A stretch of 64,000 bases of DNA from Macrostomum lignano (lineage: Eukaryota), in assembly GCA_002269645.1 (NCBI GenBank), contig NIVC01003785.1, forward strand, positions 12,867 to 76,866, given 5' to 3'. Below are positions 12,342 through 24,015 of the stretch, piece by piece (the stretch's first letter is position 1; each line of letters begins with the position of its first letter). The translations under genes were made by a program, and so were the position numbers. A model generated the notes under the pieces. The model saw only the letters and a program-made list of their open reading frames with translations, was not told the origin of the DNA and made no database searches.

Positions 12342-13978
12342 GTTCTTGAATGAAAAGTTCCTTGCCTTGCAAAAGCAGTCTTTTAAACTAAAAAACGATG
12401 GGGTTGCTCTTAGAAAATGAAACAGAATTTTTATTTATCGGTTTGTCCTTAAACTTTAAAATATTGGTGCTTCGCCAAATGCCAAGATGTAGAAAATGCA
12501 ACTCGTGCACTATATGAGAAAGTAAAAAATTCAGTTCATAGCTCAAATAATGACGTAATTGGTTTCAAAACGATCTTAAAGTTGGATTTATCCCGCCAGT
12601 AAATGGTCTGTAAATCAATGCGTTCGTAGAAAATTGGACGTTCAAAAAATCTAAAAATATTAACAAGTAGGAAAAAAATTCTTAAAGATTGAGAAAAAGT
12701 TATGTTTAGATATTTTTTTCTGAATTAAATAAAAACTATTTGGCTACCTAGCCAGTGAATACTGGTCCTGCTTGTGTCCGAGAAGCAGCTGAGACGAATT
12801 CAAGCTTCTATTGCTTACTGCTGTTGGATCACGAGATCAGTGATGGTGCTGCTGCTGCTGCTGATTTGTGCTGATGAGCGCGATGTTGTGTGTGATCCAG
12901 TGGAGGAGCTAAGCACAGTGACGTAAGATTCAAGAACCCTAAAGTTGCGCTAAAGCAGCAGTACGTATATTGTACACATTTCTAGGAAATTAAACGAATT
13001 CGTTGAAATTTTCTTTTTTGGAAAATTTACACAATGACGCAGCAGTCAAAAGCAGCAGCACAAAAATTTCAACACTAACAACAACAAAAAAGCAAAAAAT
13101 TAAAGCTCTCTGTTTCGATCTTGCTTATAACAATTAGAGCAGCCCGCTCGGCTTAGCACGCAATAAAGCGGCACCGACCGCATTCGGAGCACCGGCAGTC
13201 AAAAAAACACGAGTGCGCACCTTTCCTTGCCGGTAGGGTGCCTGTAATGTCAGCAGCAGTACCTCTTTCTCACCACCTGTACGCGCGGATATGATGTGAC
13301 TTGCGAGCTGGAATTGCTCGAAGGAGCAACAGTTCGCTTGGACAGACCAGACCGCGCGGTTTGGTGCGGTGATACAGCTACATGTAGCTTGTACCATTCC
13401 TACAAGCCAATTAAATGCGGAAAAAACAAAAACTTGCTTCTGCTCAGGCCAGGCATGAGTTTGGTTTTGCAGCCTCGGAGTGAAGGAAAGCTGGTAAACA
13501 AAAGCCAGCCACCAAGTGCAAAAGCCTTATAAGAATACATAGCTTATAGTCTAGACTATACTTGTACTCCATATATAGGCTACTATAGCTAGTCTACGAA
13601 AGTGCAGCTATGCAACTGTTTGCATCTATTCAAACAGTGTATGCATGAATTCGAAGAGTTGCATCATTGTGGACTGCAGTGGTGCATGGCTATACAACAG
13701 CACAGCTACAGCTAAGCTACCCCTCCGTGCGAGTATTGTGTGCACGTCCAGTAAATTGTTTCCCGCAGCGTATAAAGCAAATAAAGGCTTCTCAACGCAC
13801 CTGAAGGACGGCTTGCTATCAATAATAAAGCTTAGTATCTATGCAACCCCCGCTCCGCCTCGGCTTATTCAATTACATGTAAATAAGAGTCTGGCACCGT
13901 CTTCATCTCCGAGCTTGACCTAATTCTTAGCAAACAGACAATTTTTTCTGCAAGCAATTATACACCTTTTGCAAGACA

Positions 13979-15934
13979 AGTAAGTGCGTGTTGTCTGCTG
14001 CGCATCTAGCTTAATTTCATATAACATTATAGTTTAACATGCTTAGTAACTAATCTATATATTATATTTATATGATTTATGTATAACATTTTAATTCTCC
14101 AAAATTATTGCTATAGAGATGACCGATTAACTACTACTTTGAAAATCGTCAGAGTAACTATAGTTCAAAATCACGGTAAGTTTAATCAGCCATTTCCATT
14201 TTAGTGACACGACGCCCCTTGACTGCTGTCGGCATCGCAGCAGCGCTGGTTCTGTTGCTGCCGAACATCTGCGATTCTGCAATGGCTCCAAAGTCGGAGA
14301 GTCACTTTCCGGTGCCCTCATACGAGTCGCCGCAATGGTGGGTGAACCGCGGTCGAGCAGACCTGCTGGCTGCGAAAGCGGCAGCTTCAAACCTGCAGCG
14401 TGGCCGGGCCAAGAACCTCGTGTTCTTCCTGGGCGACGGCCTGAGCCTGACCAGCACAATGGCGGGCCGAGTCTACAAGGGCCAGTTGCAGAACCGATCC
14501 GGTGAGGAGGCTCAGCTATCGTACGAGACATTCCCACAGATTGCTCTGGCCAAGACATACGACTGCGACTTCCAGACATCGGACTCGGGGGCCACGGCGA
14601 CAGCTATTGGCAGCGGAGTGAAGACGAACGATGGAAACATCGGAGTGAATCAGGACGTCATCAGGGGCAACTGCACGACGTACGATCCCAGCAAGAATTT
14701 GTATTCATTTATGCACTACGCCCAACTGGCTGGAAAGTCCGTGGGTCTCGTCACCACAACGCGGATCACGCACGCCACTCCAGCAGCGATGTACGCGCAT
14801 TCGCCCAGCCGCAGCTGGGAAAGTGACGCCAACCTTCCTGCCGGAACGGACAAGACAAAATGCCCGGATATTGCCACCCAGCTGGTGTCGAACGCGGCCG
14901 ATTGGAATGTCATTTTTGGCGGTGGACGGACCAACTTTTTGCCCACTGCTGAAAGTACTATCGATTACTCGAACAAGAACTCCTCAGTCTCTGGCAAACG
15001 ACAGGACGGCGTGAATCTGATCAACCGCTGGCGAAATCTGCAGTCCAGCAAAATGCGGCGCTTTGCCTTCGCTGAGTCCAAGTCGCAGTTCGACGCGATC
15101 GACCCGGCGAACACTGACTACGTCCTGGGACTGTTCGCCACGAGCCACCTGCGCTACCAGTTGGACAACGAGATGGACCCGACCTATCAGGAGCCGAGTC
15201 TCTCGGAGATGGTGGACAAAGCCATTCGCATTCTGTCCCGCAATCCCAACGGCTTCGCCCTTTTCGTGGAAGCTGGTCGCATCGATCACGCTCATCATGA
15301 CAACTACGGCAAGCGAGCCCTGCACGATGTCCTGGAGCTGGACAGGGCAGTCACTCGAGCAATGGGGCTAACCAACCGCGCAGACACCCTCATGTTGGTG
15401 ACTGGCGACCACAGCCACGTGTTCACTGTTGGCGGCTGGGGCCTGCGAGGAAACCCGATCCTAGGCCGGGTTGTGAACTCTGACGAGGACAGGTACAATT
15501 CCAAAGGCGAGGCAGTCGCCTACGACGGCATGCCCTACACTGTGCTGAACTACGCCGACGGTCCTTCCGCTGCTATCGGGACGCCGCGCAAGAACCTCAC
15601 CGATGCGAACACCACGGCTGTGAACTTCCAGTTCCCGGCTTTGTACAATTACGACTACGAGTCGCACGGAGCGGAGGACGTCCCGGTCTACGCCGCCGGG
15701 CCCAGTGCCTATCTGCTGCACAGCACGCACGAGCAGAGCTACATTGGGCATGTAGTGATGTACGCCCTGTGCGTCGGTCCCGAGGCCAGCGTCTATTGCG
15801 CCGACGAGGAAGCGCCAACGACGACTGGGCCATATATGACGGGACAGCCGCTGCCAAGGTCGGCCAGCGGTCTGACGGCTTCGTCTGTGCTGCTGGCCTT
15901 GGCTTACGGCTTTCGGATTTGGGTCGAGAGCTGA
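13979..15934 (+). CDS. ALPL: Alkaline phosphatase, signal peptide plus C-terminal GPI-type signal; essentially single coding exon 14205-15934, with the A of ATG probably from an upstream exon ending at 13979
   Basis: Contains FFLGDG, catalytic-serine region TSDSGATATA, TTTRITHATPAAMYAH, FVEAGRIDHAHH, VTGDHSH and ESHGAEDV, i.e. the metal ligands of the family. Both termini are hydrophobic. The symbol indicates the family, not strict orthology. Confidence 0.95.
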
Positions 15935-17037
15935 AGACCGCTATTGGGAATATGGGCGGAGATAAGTGAGCATGGGCTGAGTATTAGTCCTGAACAAAAT
16001 TGAAAGTTTTAAACTACGAATGAAATATGACCAACAATAATGCAGATTGCATTGTTAAGAAAATTAGGGGCCAAATTTAGGTATGCTCAGACGTTATTGT
16101 TGAATTGTTCTTTACGTTTTGAGGTTTCTTTTACGAAGCAGAACTTGAACTTTTTTATTCCGGACACTTCTACGCACTTCTCCATTTTGTCACAATGATA
16201 GCCACTTGTTGCTCGTCGAAATTTTTTAGTTTAGTTTTTGCAAGCTATAAAGTTTTTATTTCATCTACAATATCATGCTGCTCTTCTAAAAATAGTTATT
16301 TCGATGTCGTAACTTAAAAGTAAAAAATACTGCGCTTCGCACCCGAAAACCAAATGCACGATTGCCTCTCGATACTCTGAAACACTAAAATATTGATTGC
16401 TGTGAAACACCCTTCTAAAGCGTTTTTTAAGTACTCTAAGTAGTTCATCACGACAGATATAATGTTTGCAGGGGAATCTATATAACCAAATCTGAAAAGT
16501 TACTATGTATGTATGTACATAATCGATTAAATACAAATATCGACAAGTAAAGTTTTTATTCATAATTATTTTTCAAAAATTATCTGATCTCGGTTTTCTA
16601 AATAATCAAATTCTATCATTCGATAATTACGAACACGAGTACTTTTTTATCTATAATAACCCAACAACCAAGCGATTAATTAGGTGCCCAGCTGCAGTGA
16701 CTTTTAGTCGAAGCAATGACCTGCACGTGCGAGACGTGGCATCAGTTTATCCAAAATTTACCAAGAAATCATCCATCATAATTCCGGTTCAGGACACTTT
16801 TACAAACATCAGCTCGTAGCTCTTATATTTGTGAGGGGTTATTGAATTCGAAATTCGAATGGGGTCTTAAATTTAAATAGCCTCTCTAAGTGCCGACTTA
16901 GCACTGAATAGACACGCTTAGCCACCAGTTGCTTACTCTCTTTGCTAAGGAAAATCAAAATGAAATTGTGAGAAAAATATGCTGTACCAGCTATAAGATC
17001 GTGTGTTTGGAATGTACATTGAGAACCGGAAACTGCT

Positions 17038-20000
17038 TCATCGGCGCCAGTAAAACACAGCCGCAGTCGTTGCTAAGGAAGCTGCCGAGAGCAACAGGCC
17101 GCCTATCGATTGCCGAGCCGCCTGATTTACTTCCTCCGCCAGTGGCCTATGGAAGGACGCCATATTGCCATTCGATTCGTCTATCGGCTGATCGCCGGAC
17201 CCGTCGTCCACCCAATCCTCGATCTTCTCGGCCGGCCCCGGCCTGTGCCGCCGCTTGCACTCGCCGGCCGTTGTCGGCACCATGTCGCTGTTGACGCACT
17301 TCATTCCGGAGTACTGGGCAAAGTAGTTGGGCAGCATTACGCAGTGGCCCATGCGGCAGCGGCTGCCCGTGGGCCTGTCGCACGGCCAGTTGGATTGCAC
17401 CGAGACGTCTTGCGGGCAGATCGGCGATTTGCCATCGCAGAACTCAGGAAAGTTGCATCTTGAATTAAGGAAAGTGACTGCGGGATAAGATTCTACTCAT
17501 TCATGAATTTATTATCTCCCTGCAAGCTCCAATGCACAGCAATCAAGTATTATCTACAAATTTCATATGGGTTTGTAGTCTAATCAAATATTATCCACGA
17601 TCTGCAAGGACCCTATCCAGCAGGCTCAGACTATCAACGCAAACCTGGGATCTTCGGCCAGTCTGCACAGAGTGCCCGCGGCCAGCGGGCTGCACGAAGT
17701 CGTGTTGCAGCAGTCGCCAGTTGCGCACGCTGCGCCTTTGACCAGCTTGCAGACGTCGGCCTGGCAGCAGCGATCCTTTCTGCAGGCGAGCGGCCCGCCG
17801 CAGTCGCACTCTTCGCCAGGCTCGACAATCCCATTGCCGCAGGTCGGTCCCCAGTCCTTCGAGTACTCAACGGTGAAGATGTAGCCATCTGGAGGTCATT
17901 GAGTTGGATCAAGTGGGACTAGCGAGGACTAAATATCGCCTCTGTACACTGACTCTCGCCCTACGACCATCGTTGGATTCCCAGTGCGGCCACATTTCCC
18001 TCGTATTTCAGGACTTGTGTACACGAATTGGCCGGAAGTTTGTCACGCGATTCACAGCCATGAGGGCCAACCCTCAAGGCATAGCGAGTGTACATGTCTG
18101 ACTATTAGAAAGTCACGTTCACTGTACACCCTGCGAGAATGTGTGTGTAAGTGCGTGCCTGTGTACAATATTGGCACGCTTGTACATGTATGTGCTCAGG
18201 AGTGTACAATATTGGCACGCTTGTACATGTATGTGCTCAGGAGTGAGTAGATTATCCTTGCATAAGCCGTTGGCATAAGTCACTCACTGGTGCTCGAGAA
18301 AGGCTCAGCTGTCGCAGACAAGCAGGCTGCGTCTAGTGCCAGGCTGTCCAGCGCGTCCGCGACTTTGTTGATGCCGCAGTTGGTCCAGCCAACGTACTTG
18401 CTGCCATCGTTGCTGCGTCCTACAGAGTCGTCCATCAGGCACTGGGAAAATTTGCACTGGCATTTATCCACGGAGTCGTGATTCCCGCCCAACCTGTGAA
18501 CCAGCTCGTGTGCCAGGGCGAAGCCCGACAATTTTATATAATTCGGCCGTTTCGTGTCCAGCTGCGGGGCAGTGATAATTGATTGAGAAGTTTCAATTGA
18601 AAAGTGACGTTCTGAGATTGCGAAACTTTCCAGAATAATGAATGTGAATTCATATTCAAATGTTAATTAGTTGAAGGACTCCCTCAAAAAGGCCTAACTA
18701 AAAGCGCAAATATGACTTGAAATTTCCACCCGAAAATGTCGAATGATACTTTCGCAACAAGATGAGTCAACTACTTTAGGCTACTAATAGCTGGACACAG
18801 CAGCTCAGCTGGTAGCGCGTCCGACTCTCACGTCTCCAAGAGAGTTCGAAGTTCGAAAAAAAAGACAAATGGAGGTCTCAGACAATAGACTGGCACTCAT
18901 AGCATTCGCCACAGAGGCGAATAAAAGAGAAAAACCACAGGAGCCAGTAAATCAACTCGCAAAGGTGAGCTCCAGAGCAAATGGAATCTCGCCATCAGAA
19001 GCGACCGCCCAACACACTGGCAGAAGAGAGAAGAAAACAATGAGCAGCGCCCTGGACACTGGCGAAAGCCAACCAAGCGAGACGGCGCGGCTGACAGGCA
19101 AGACTGGAGGGCTTAGAGGGGGCGAGATGTGACAGAAAAATGGCGAGCTCTGGATGAGAAGAGAGCTGTCCCAACACAAGAACGGCAGCCTACGCCCGCA
19201 GGCTTGACGACCGACGGTTCGATGGACAATTTAAAGTGTACAAGAGACAGTGAGAGAGAGACAGACGGAAATGCATTCAGCTTTAATAGATTCTTTACTC
19301 TCATCAAATGTATCCAGCTCAACCAATGCGATTGCGCACCTCACAAATTACTCTAGCCTCTGCAACTTAGCAACATGATAATAAACAGACTCGCTGCACA
19401 AGTATAGGGCGCTCTGTCCCGATTAAGACGAGTTGCTCGCTTGGCAATACAGTAGATACAAATAGTAAACTGAGTACGTATCAATATTAAAGTTTCGACA
19501 CGTTTCGCACTCCAAGGTGCATCTAGAGGTCAGGTTATTGACGAGAGAGCAGAAAAGATTTGTGTACTGAATAGCACTACTAGTTGCGGCTTTTATTAGA
19601 AGCAGGGAGGCTGTATACACAGCGGCGCACTTCACCGACATTGTCACACGAGAGGCATTACTGCCCATTCCACCGACCCCCTGAGCAGGCACACACTCAC
19701 AGGAGTGTACAGCGGCCCTGACTTTATTTATCGTTAGGCATGTACACTTCACTGCGCCTTGGATGTTGGCCCTCAAGGCGTTAATTGCACGAGCAGACAC
19801 ACGTCGAGATTCCAATTCAGCCTCAAATTAATGTGACTGCATTTGGAATCGAGCTTGGGACGCTGGCACATCAGAACGCCGCGGCCCACTAAGTACTGCG
19901 GATTATAACGGAATTTAAATGGTTGAAGGTGGAAAAAGACTGATAAAAATTTGACTTGGGTTACCAGAGGCTAATAAAGTGCAGTTTTAATACAATCTAC

Positions 20001-23000
20001 GTGTCAATAGGGCACAAGAATGTGAAGTGAGGCTTCAATGATCTGAGTTTGAAATCAGATTGACGTCTTGTCAATGATTGTCTGACACTCGTCGGATTTG
20101 ACTTCAATTTCAATTTTCCATGGCTTAAAGCTTCTACATGTATTCCTTGCCGATGAAGATGCACGTGAACAGACATCCCGACGGCGACAGCGGAGAAAAA
20201 TTGTCAATGGTTTTACGAGAATCGGAACCTCGAGCCGGAACGGCATCTCTTTTCGGTGTGCTCAGGCTTTGCATTGTTTATAATAATTAATAATATTAAT
20301 AATAATAATAATTGATCACACCTGCCCTAATAGACAGATGTGCAACCGACAGCTCAGCCGCAGCTATTGCGCGGCGCATCTGAAGGCTGCGTACGGCTGT
20401 TCAGTCCAAGGACTGGGGGGTCGCCACACACAGCCTTAATTACCCCAGCTAATGCTGGCACCCATTTTACAGCTGGGTGAACTGAAGCAATGCAGAGTTG
20501 AATCTCTTGCTCAATGACACAAATTGTTCCAGTGGAATCGGGAATCGAACCCCCGACCTTCAAGTCGTGAGTTCTACGCTCTGACCATTAGGCTACAACC
20601 GCACTGTCTATAGAGCTGATTAAATCTCTATGCTATACCAGCACTCATTTTTCTTCAAATATTCAAGTGATAATAAGTTAACTGAATCGCTTAAGAACAA
20701 AGGCTCTTCTCACGGCAGGCTAGATCAGTGTTTAGAGAATCGAGAGAGTTGAAACACCGGTGCACAGGACATGTACATACTCGTATATTGCATGAGAAGC
20801 ATCGCCAGCTACTGAGACATCACCTTACAGAAAGCGACAATCGGGTATTGGATGACAGGTGCCGGCATTTAAATGGCACAAGATAGCTAAGATGGTAGAA
20901 AACAGCCCCCTGGTAGCTACACTGTTTAACAGCCACACAGCTCACAGTGACGTATCCAAGACAGGTCGGCCGACCGAGCTGATGCTTGCAGACGTTGCCT
21001 TCTGAATCTGAAGCCGTGGAGTTGTCGATACTTCGTGCGCTGCAATGCAAGGGATGTGATGATGCGTTGCTGAGAGGCAGTTAGGAAAAACAGCTGATGC
21101 CGAAGCCTAAACAGCTGGTATTAAATAATGCTTACGTGAATACAAAGATGCAGTTAACGATTTGCTCAACAATAACCCCATAGTTGTTGTACGTGTAAGT
21201 ATCTCGAATGAACTTGAGCTCGTTCCGGCTAGGAATGTCATAATCTCTAGCCAATAGATTCCAAGGCAAGTGCAGACTGGTCACCATCAAGTAGGTATTT
21301 AGTGGTCTGAGAAGCTACAAAATTATTAATATTTGCTATAGTCATTCAAGGACAAGGCAAACCTCGCAGAGCAGTGATCAAAGCTTACCGTGTTTGCGTA
21401 GTTGACCACTTGTTTAGCTATGTTGCTCATTTCAGCTTGGTTCCGATTCGTGCGTTTCTCCTGTTTGAGAATGTTTTCGGTGATGCGGCTGCTATGAGAA
21501 AAAGAGCTGCTACTGTAGAGTTTCATTCATTCATAAAACGCTACTGTAAGTAGAGTAACGCAAAAACGCGCAGAAAAACTTAAACTATGAATCACGTTAC
21601 TATTTATGTTTCGCAAAATTTTCCTATAAATACAAGCCAAAATTAAAGCGGAAATCTCAGACTCGGAACAGCCTCAGAAGAGACTCATCCAGAACAACCA
21701 CTGGAAAGGGGCTACATCTCTGAGAGAAACGTATACCGATTGGCAAGACTTTGTTGAAGTCGTTATTTGATTATTGAGTGTTGAGTCATTTTCGGCCGTG
21801 ACTGATCAGTTGATTTCTGTTGAGTTATTGAATTAAAGGCCTCCATATTCATATTCCTAAGGGATTGGATAGGATCCACTGGACCGATTCCGATACTCTT
21901 GACGATTATCGATTTTTATTGACTTTGGCACCCTGGAGTACCAGATCGAGGCACACGACTCCCATTCCGTTATTTCTAGAAGAAGACGCCCTTTCTGGAG
22001 GACCTCGCGCTATTATTAGGGCGCATCTCTGATTCTGATTACTGATCTCGAGGAATACATTCCAAGAAACTCCGGAGGAAGACTACATTGAGGAGACGAG
22101 CTCTGCCGACCTGCCCGACAAAGAGGAAGAGCCCGCGACAGTACTTGATCACTAAATTCTGTTCCCAGACTTGCGGTCTGAAAGTATTTCTTGAGCGACT
22201 GATCACCACCCCTAAACTCTTCACTACGAGCGTAGGAAGCGAGAAACTTACAAACTCCCTGTCCAAGTAGAGATGCAGCTTGACAATGTAGGGCCCGAAT
22301 TTGGTCAGGAATCTGAACTGCTGGCTGAGGCTGATGTTCGCCCGAGTGAACTGCAGCCGGCCAGCTTGGTTGATTTTTCTAGAGCGCGGCGTTGCGTATC
22401 TGCGAGTCCTGCTGAGCTGCTCCATCGGCGGCGCAGTGAGGATTGCAGTTCGTGAGTGGTTTTGCGTGAGCAAGTGACTGAATTCGTGACTGGGTGAGAC
22501 AGATGTGCAACCGATAGCTCAGCCGCAGCTATTGCGCGGCGCATCGGAAGGCTGCGTACGGCTGTTCAGTCCGAGGACTGACAGGGGGGGGGTCGCCACA
22601 CACACCCTTAACTACCCCAGCTAATGCTGGCACTCATTTTACAGCTGAGTGAACTGAAGCAATGCAGAGTTAAGTGTCTTAAGTGTCAAGGATACAAATT
22701 GTTCCAGTGGAATCGGGAATCGAACCCCCGACCTTCAAGTCGTGAGTCCAACGCTCTGACCACTAGGCCACAACTCCTGCTCGAAAGCTCATGAAAGTGT
22801 TTTTTAATAAATTGAATAAATTCAGAATACACGAGTACTCAAGGACGACTCAAGTAGGAGGACGGGAAACCTCGTTTCTTTGAAAATTTTTGAAGGCAGG
22901 TTTTCCAAAAAATACACTACGAGATAGGAAATTTTCATTTTTTCAGCACAAAAATTGTAATTGCTTTTGATAGGAGGCAGATTCAGTGTTCATCTTTTGA

Positions 23001-23389
23001 TATGCTGTGCCTTTCTTATTGCTCTATTGATATTCATAAAGCTTTTCGTTCAGAAAGTTAGGAATCTAAGATTCTAGTAATTTGCACGTGTCTTCTGAAA
23101 AACCAAAAGGCTTTATGAATATTAAAATGTTCCAAGAAATGAGGTTTCCCGTCCTCCTACTTGAGTTGTCCTTGCGAGTATTCGGAATGAGAGTTAGTGA
23201 GTAAGCTGTATTACTGTACCAGGTACATTGCCTTACCTGTTCAGATGCGGATGCTGCCTCTGTACCAGCCGGGTCAGGACTTGCGTCATCATTGTGCTCT
23301 ACCGACTCACCGAGGCAAACAGACGCCTCTGGAAGCAGCGCAGCGAAGATGCTCGCGCTGACAAGTAACCAAGTGGCTAGCAAGTGCAT
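17038..23389 (-). CDS. ADAM-like reprolysin metalloprotease-disintegrin, copy A (~516 aa). Exons 23389-23311, 23259-23237, 22416-22252, 21460-21389, 21314-21136, 21039-20946, 18561-18288, 17888-17645, 17458-17038
   Basis: Signal peptide, furin site RTRR, zinc motif [12 protein letters not shown], Met-turn CLMD, disintegrin [15 protein letters not shown]...CCNTTSC...CNFPEFCDG and a hydrophobic C-terminus. All junctions are GT-AG and in phase; total 1551 nt. Confidence 0.9.
19640..19890 (-). mobile_element. Older dispersed repeat, probably a second tRNA-SINE (family 2); related copies or fragments at ~17935-18245 (+), 43185-43310, 54995-55150, 45860-45950, 32005-32055 and 5415-5460
   Basis: Shared blocks GAGGGCCAAC..CAAGGC..GTGTACATG and GCTGTACAC...GTGCCTGCTCAGGGG, with a B-box-like GxTCGATTCC upstream in several copies. 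Confidence 0.55.
20281..20601 (-). mobile_element. CORE-SINE family 1, near full-length with (ATT)n tail
   Basis: Same head and core as the other copies; ends in TTAGGGCAGGTGTGATCAATTATTATT... Confidence 0.85.
22497..22777 (-). mobile_element. CORE-SINE family 1
   Basis: High identity to the copies at 20281 and 56734. Confidence 0.85.
22833..23183. mobile_element. MITE with ~42-bp TIRs in intron 2 of ADAM copy A; related sequence at ~43315-43500 and ~43895-43975
   Basis: AAGGACGACTCAAGTAGGAGGACGGGAAACCTC (22841-22873) is inverted at 23141-23173. Confidence 0.75.
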
Positions 23390-24015
23390 TTCTCTATAGC
23401 AGCTGTAATCTCATCCAAAGCAAAATCTTGCTCCCAGCGTAAACTCTTTCCCAGCGCACTGCTGAATACATAGACCAAATTTGTTGAATCGAAAATAATT
23501 TGTTTGTCTAAAAATAGCTTGAGTTCTTTCCTCAGTGTAGCTATCGCTCAGTTTATTTGCTTCGTATAATTTCGAATCGATAGGAAAAATTAAAAGGCTA
23601 CAGAAAACAAAAGTACAAGTGAACCTAGGCCTTAAACTAACGGGAATAGCTATTATTACAGTTTATTAAGCTCATGAAGCGTTGGTCCAGCTATGTCCAT
23701 GGAAGCCTCTTTGTTCGCTTTGCTTTCCAGGAAGAGACACCTGGTCTGCAATTCGCCAGATTTGTAGTCTACATAAAACCAGACCTTTTCGACACCTCTT
23801 CGCGGTTTCTTTGTTTCATCTTAAAGTTGAGTGAACTTTTACCAGCTTACCAGCAATAGGGTTCAAGGAAGCAGTTACCCCTAGCGGAACTCGTTAAGAA
23901 CGAGATATTTGTCTAATTTTGAATAGTACGTGTAGAGTGAGAAAATCACTGCAGAGCTCTTTGCAAATATCGTCACTGGGAAAGTCACAAGAGTTCCTTA
24001 AGCTAATCTCTGGCA

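Noticed and set aside
14127-15969. Antisense and alternate-frame ORFs over alkaline phosphatase (and similar ones over other GC-rich exons)
   Set aside because: These are expected shadows of GC-rich coding sequence with no recognisable motifs.
21690-22160. Coding-looking plus-strand stretch inside ADAM A intron 3
   Set aside because: It is interrupted by stops in every frame and shows no motif I can name; possibly a retroelement scrap, but unsupported.
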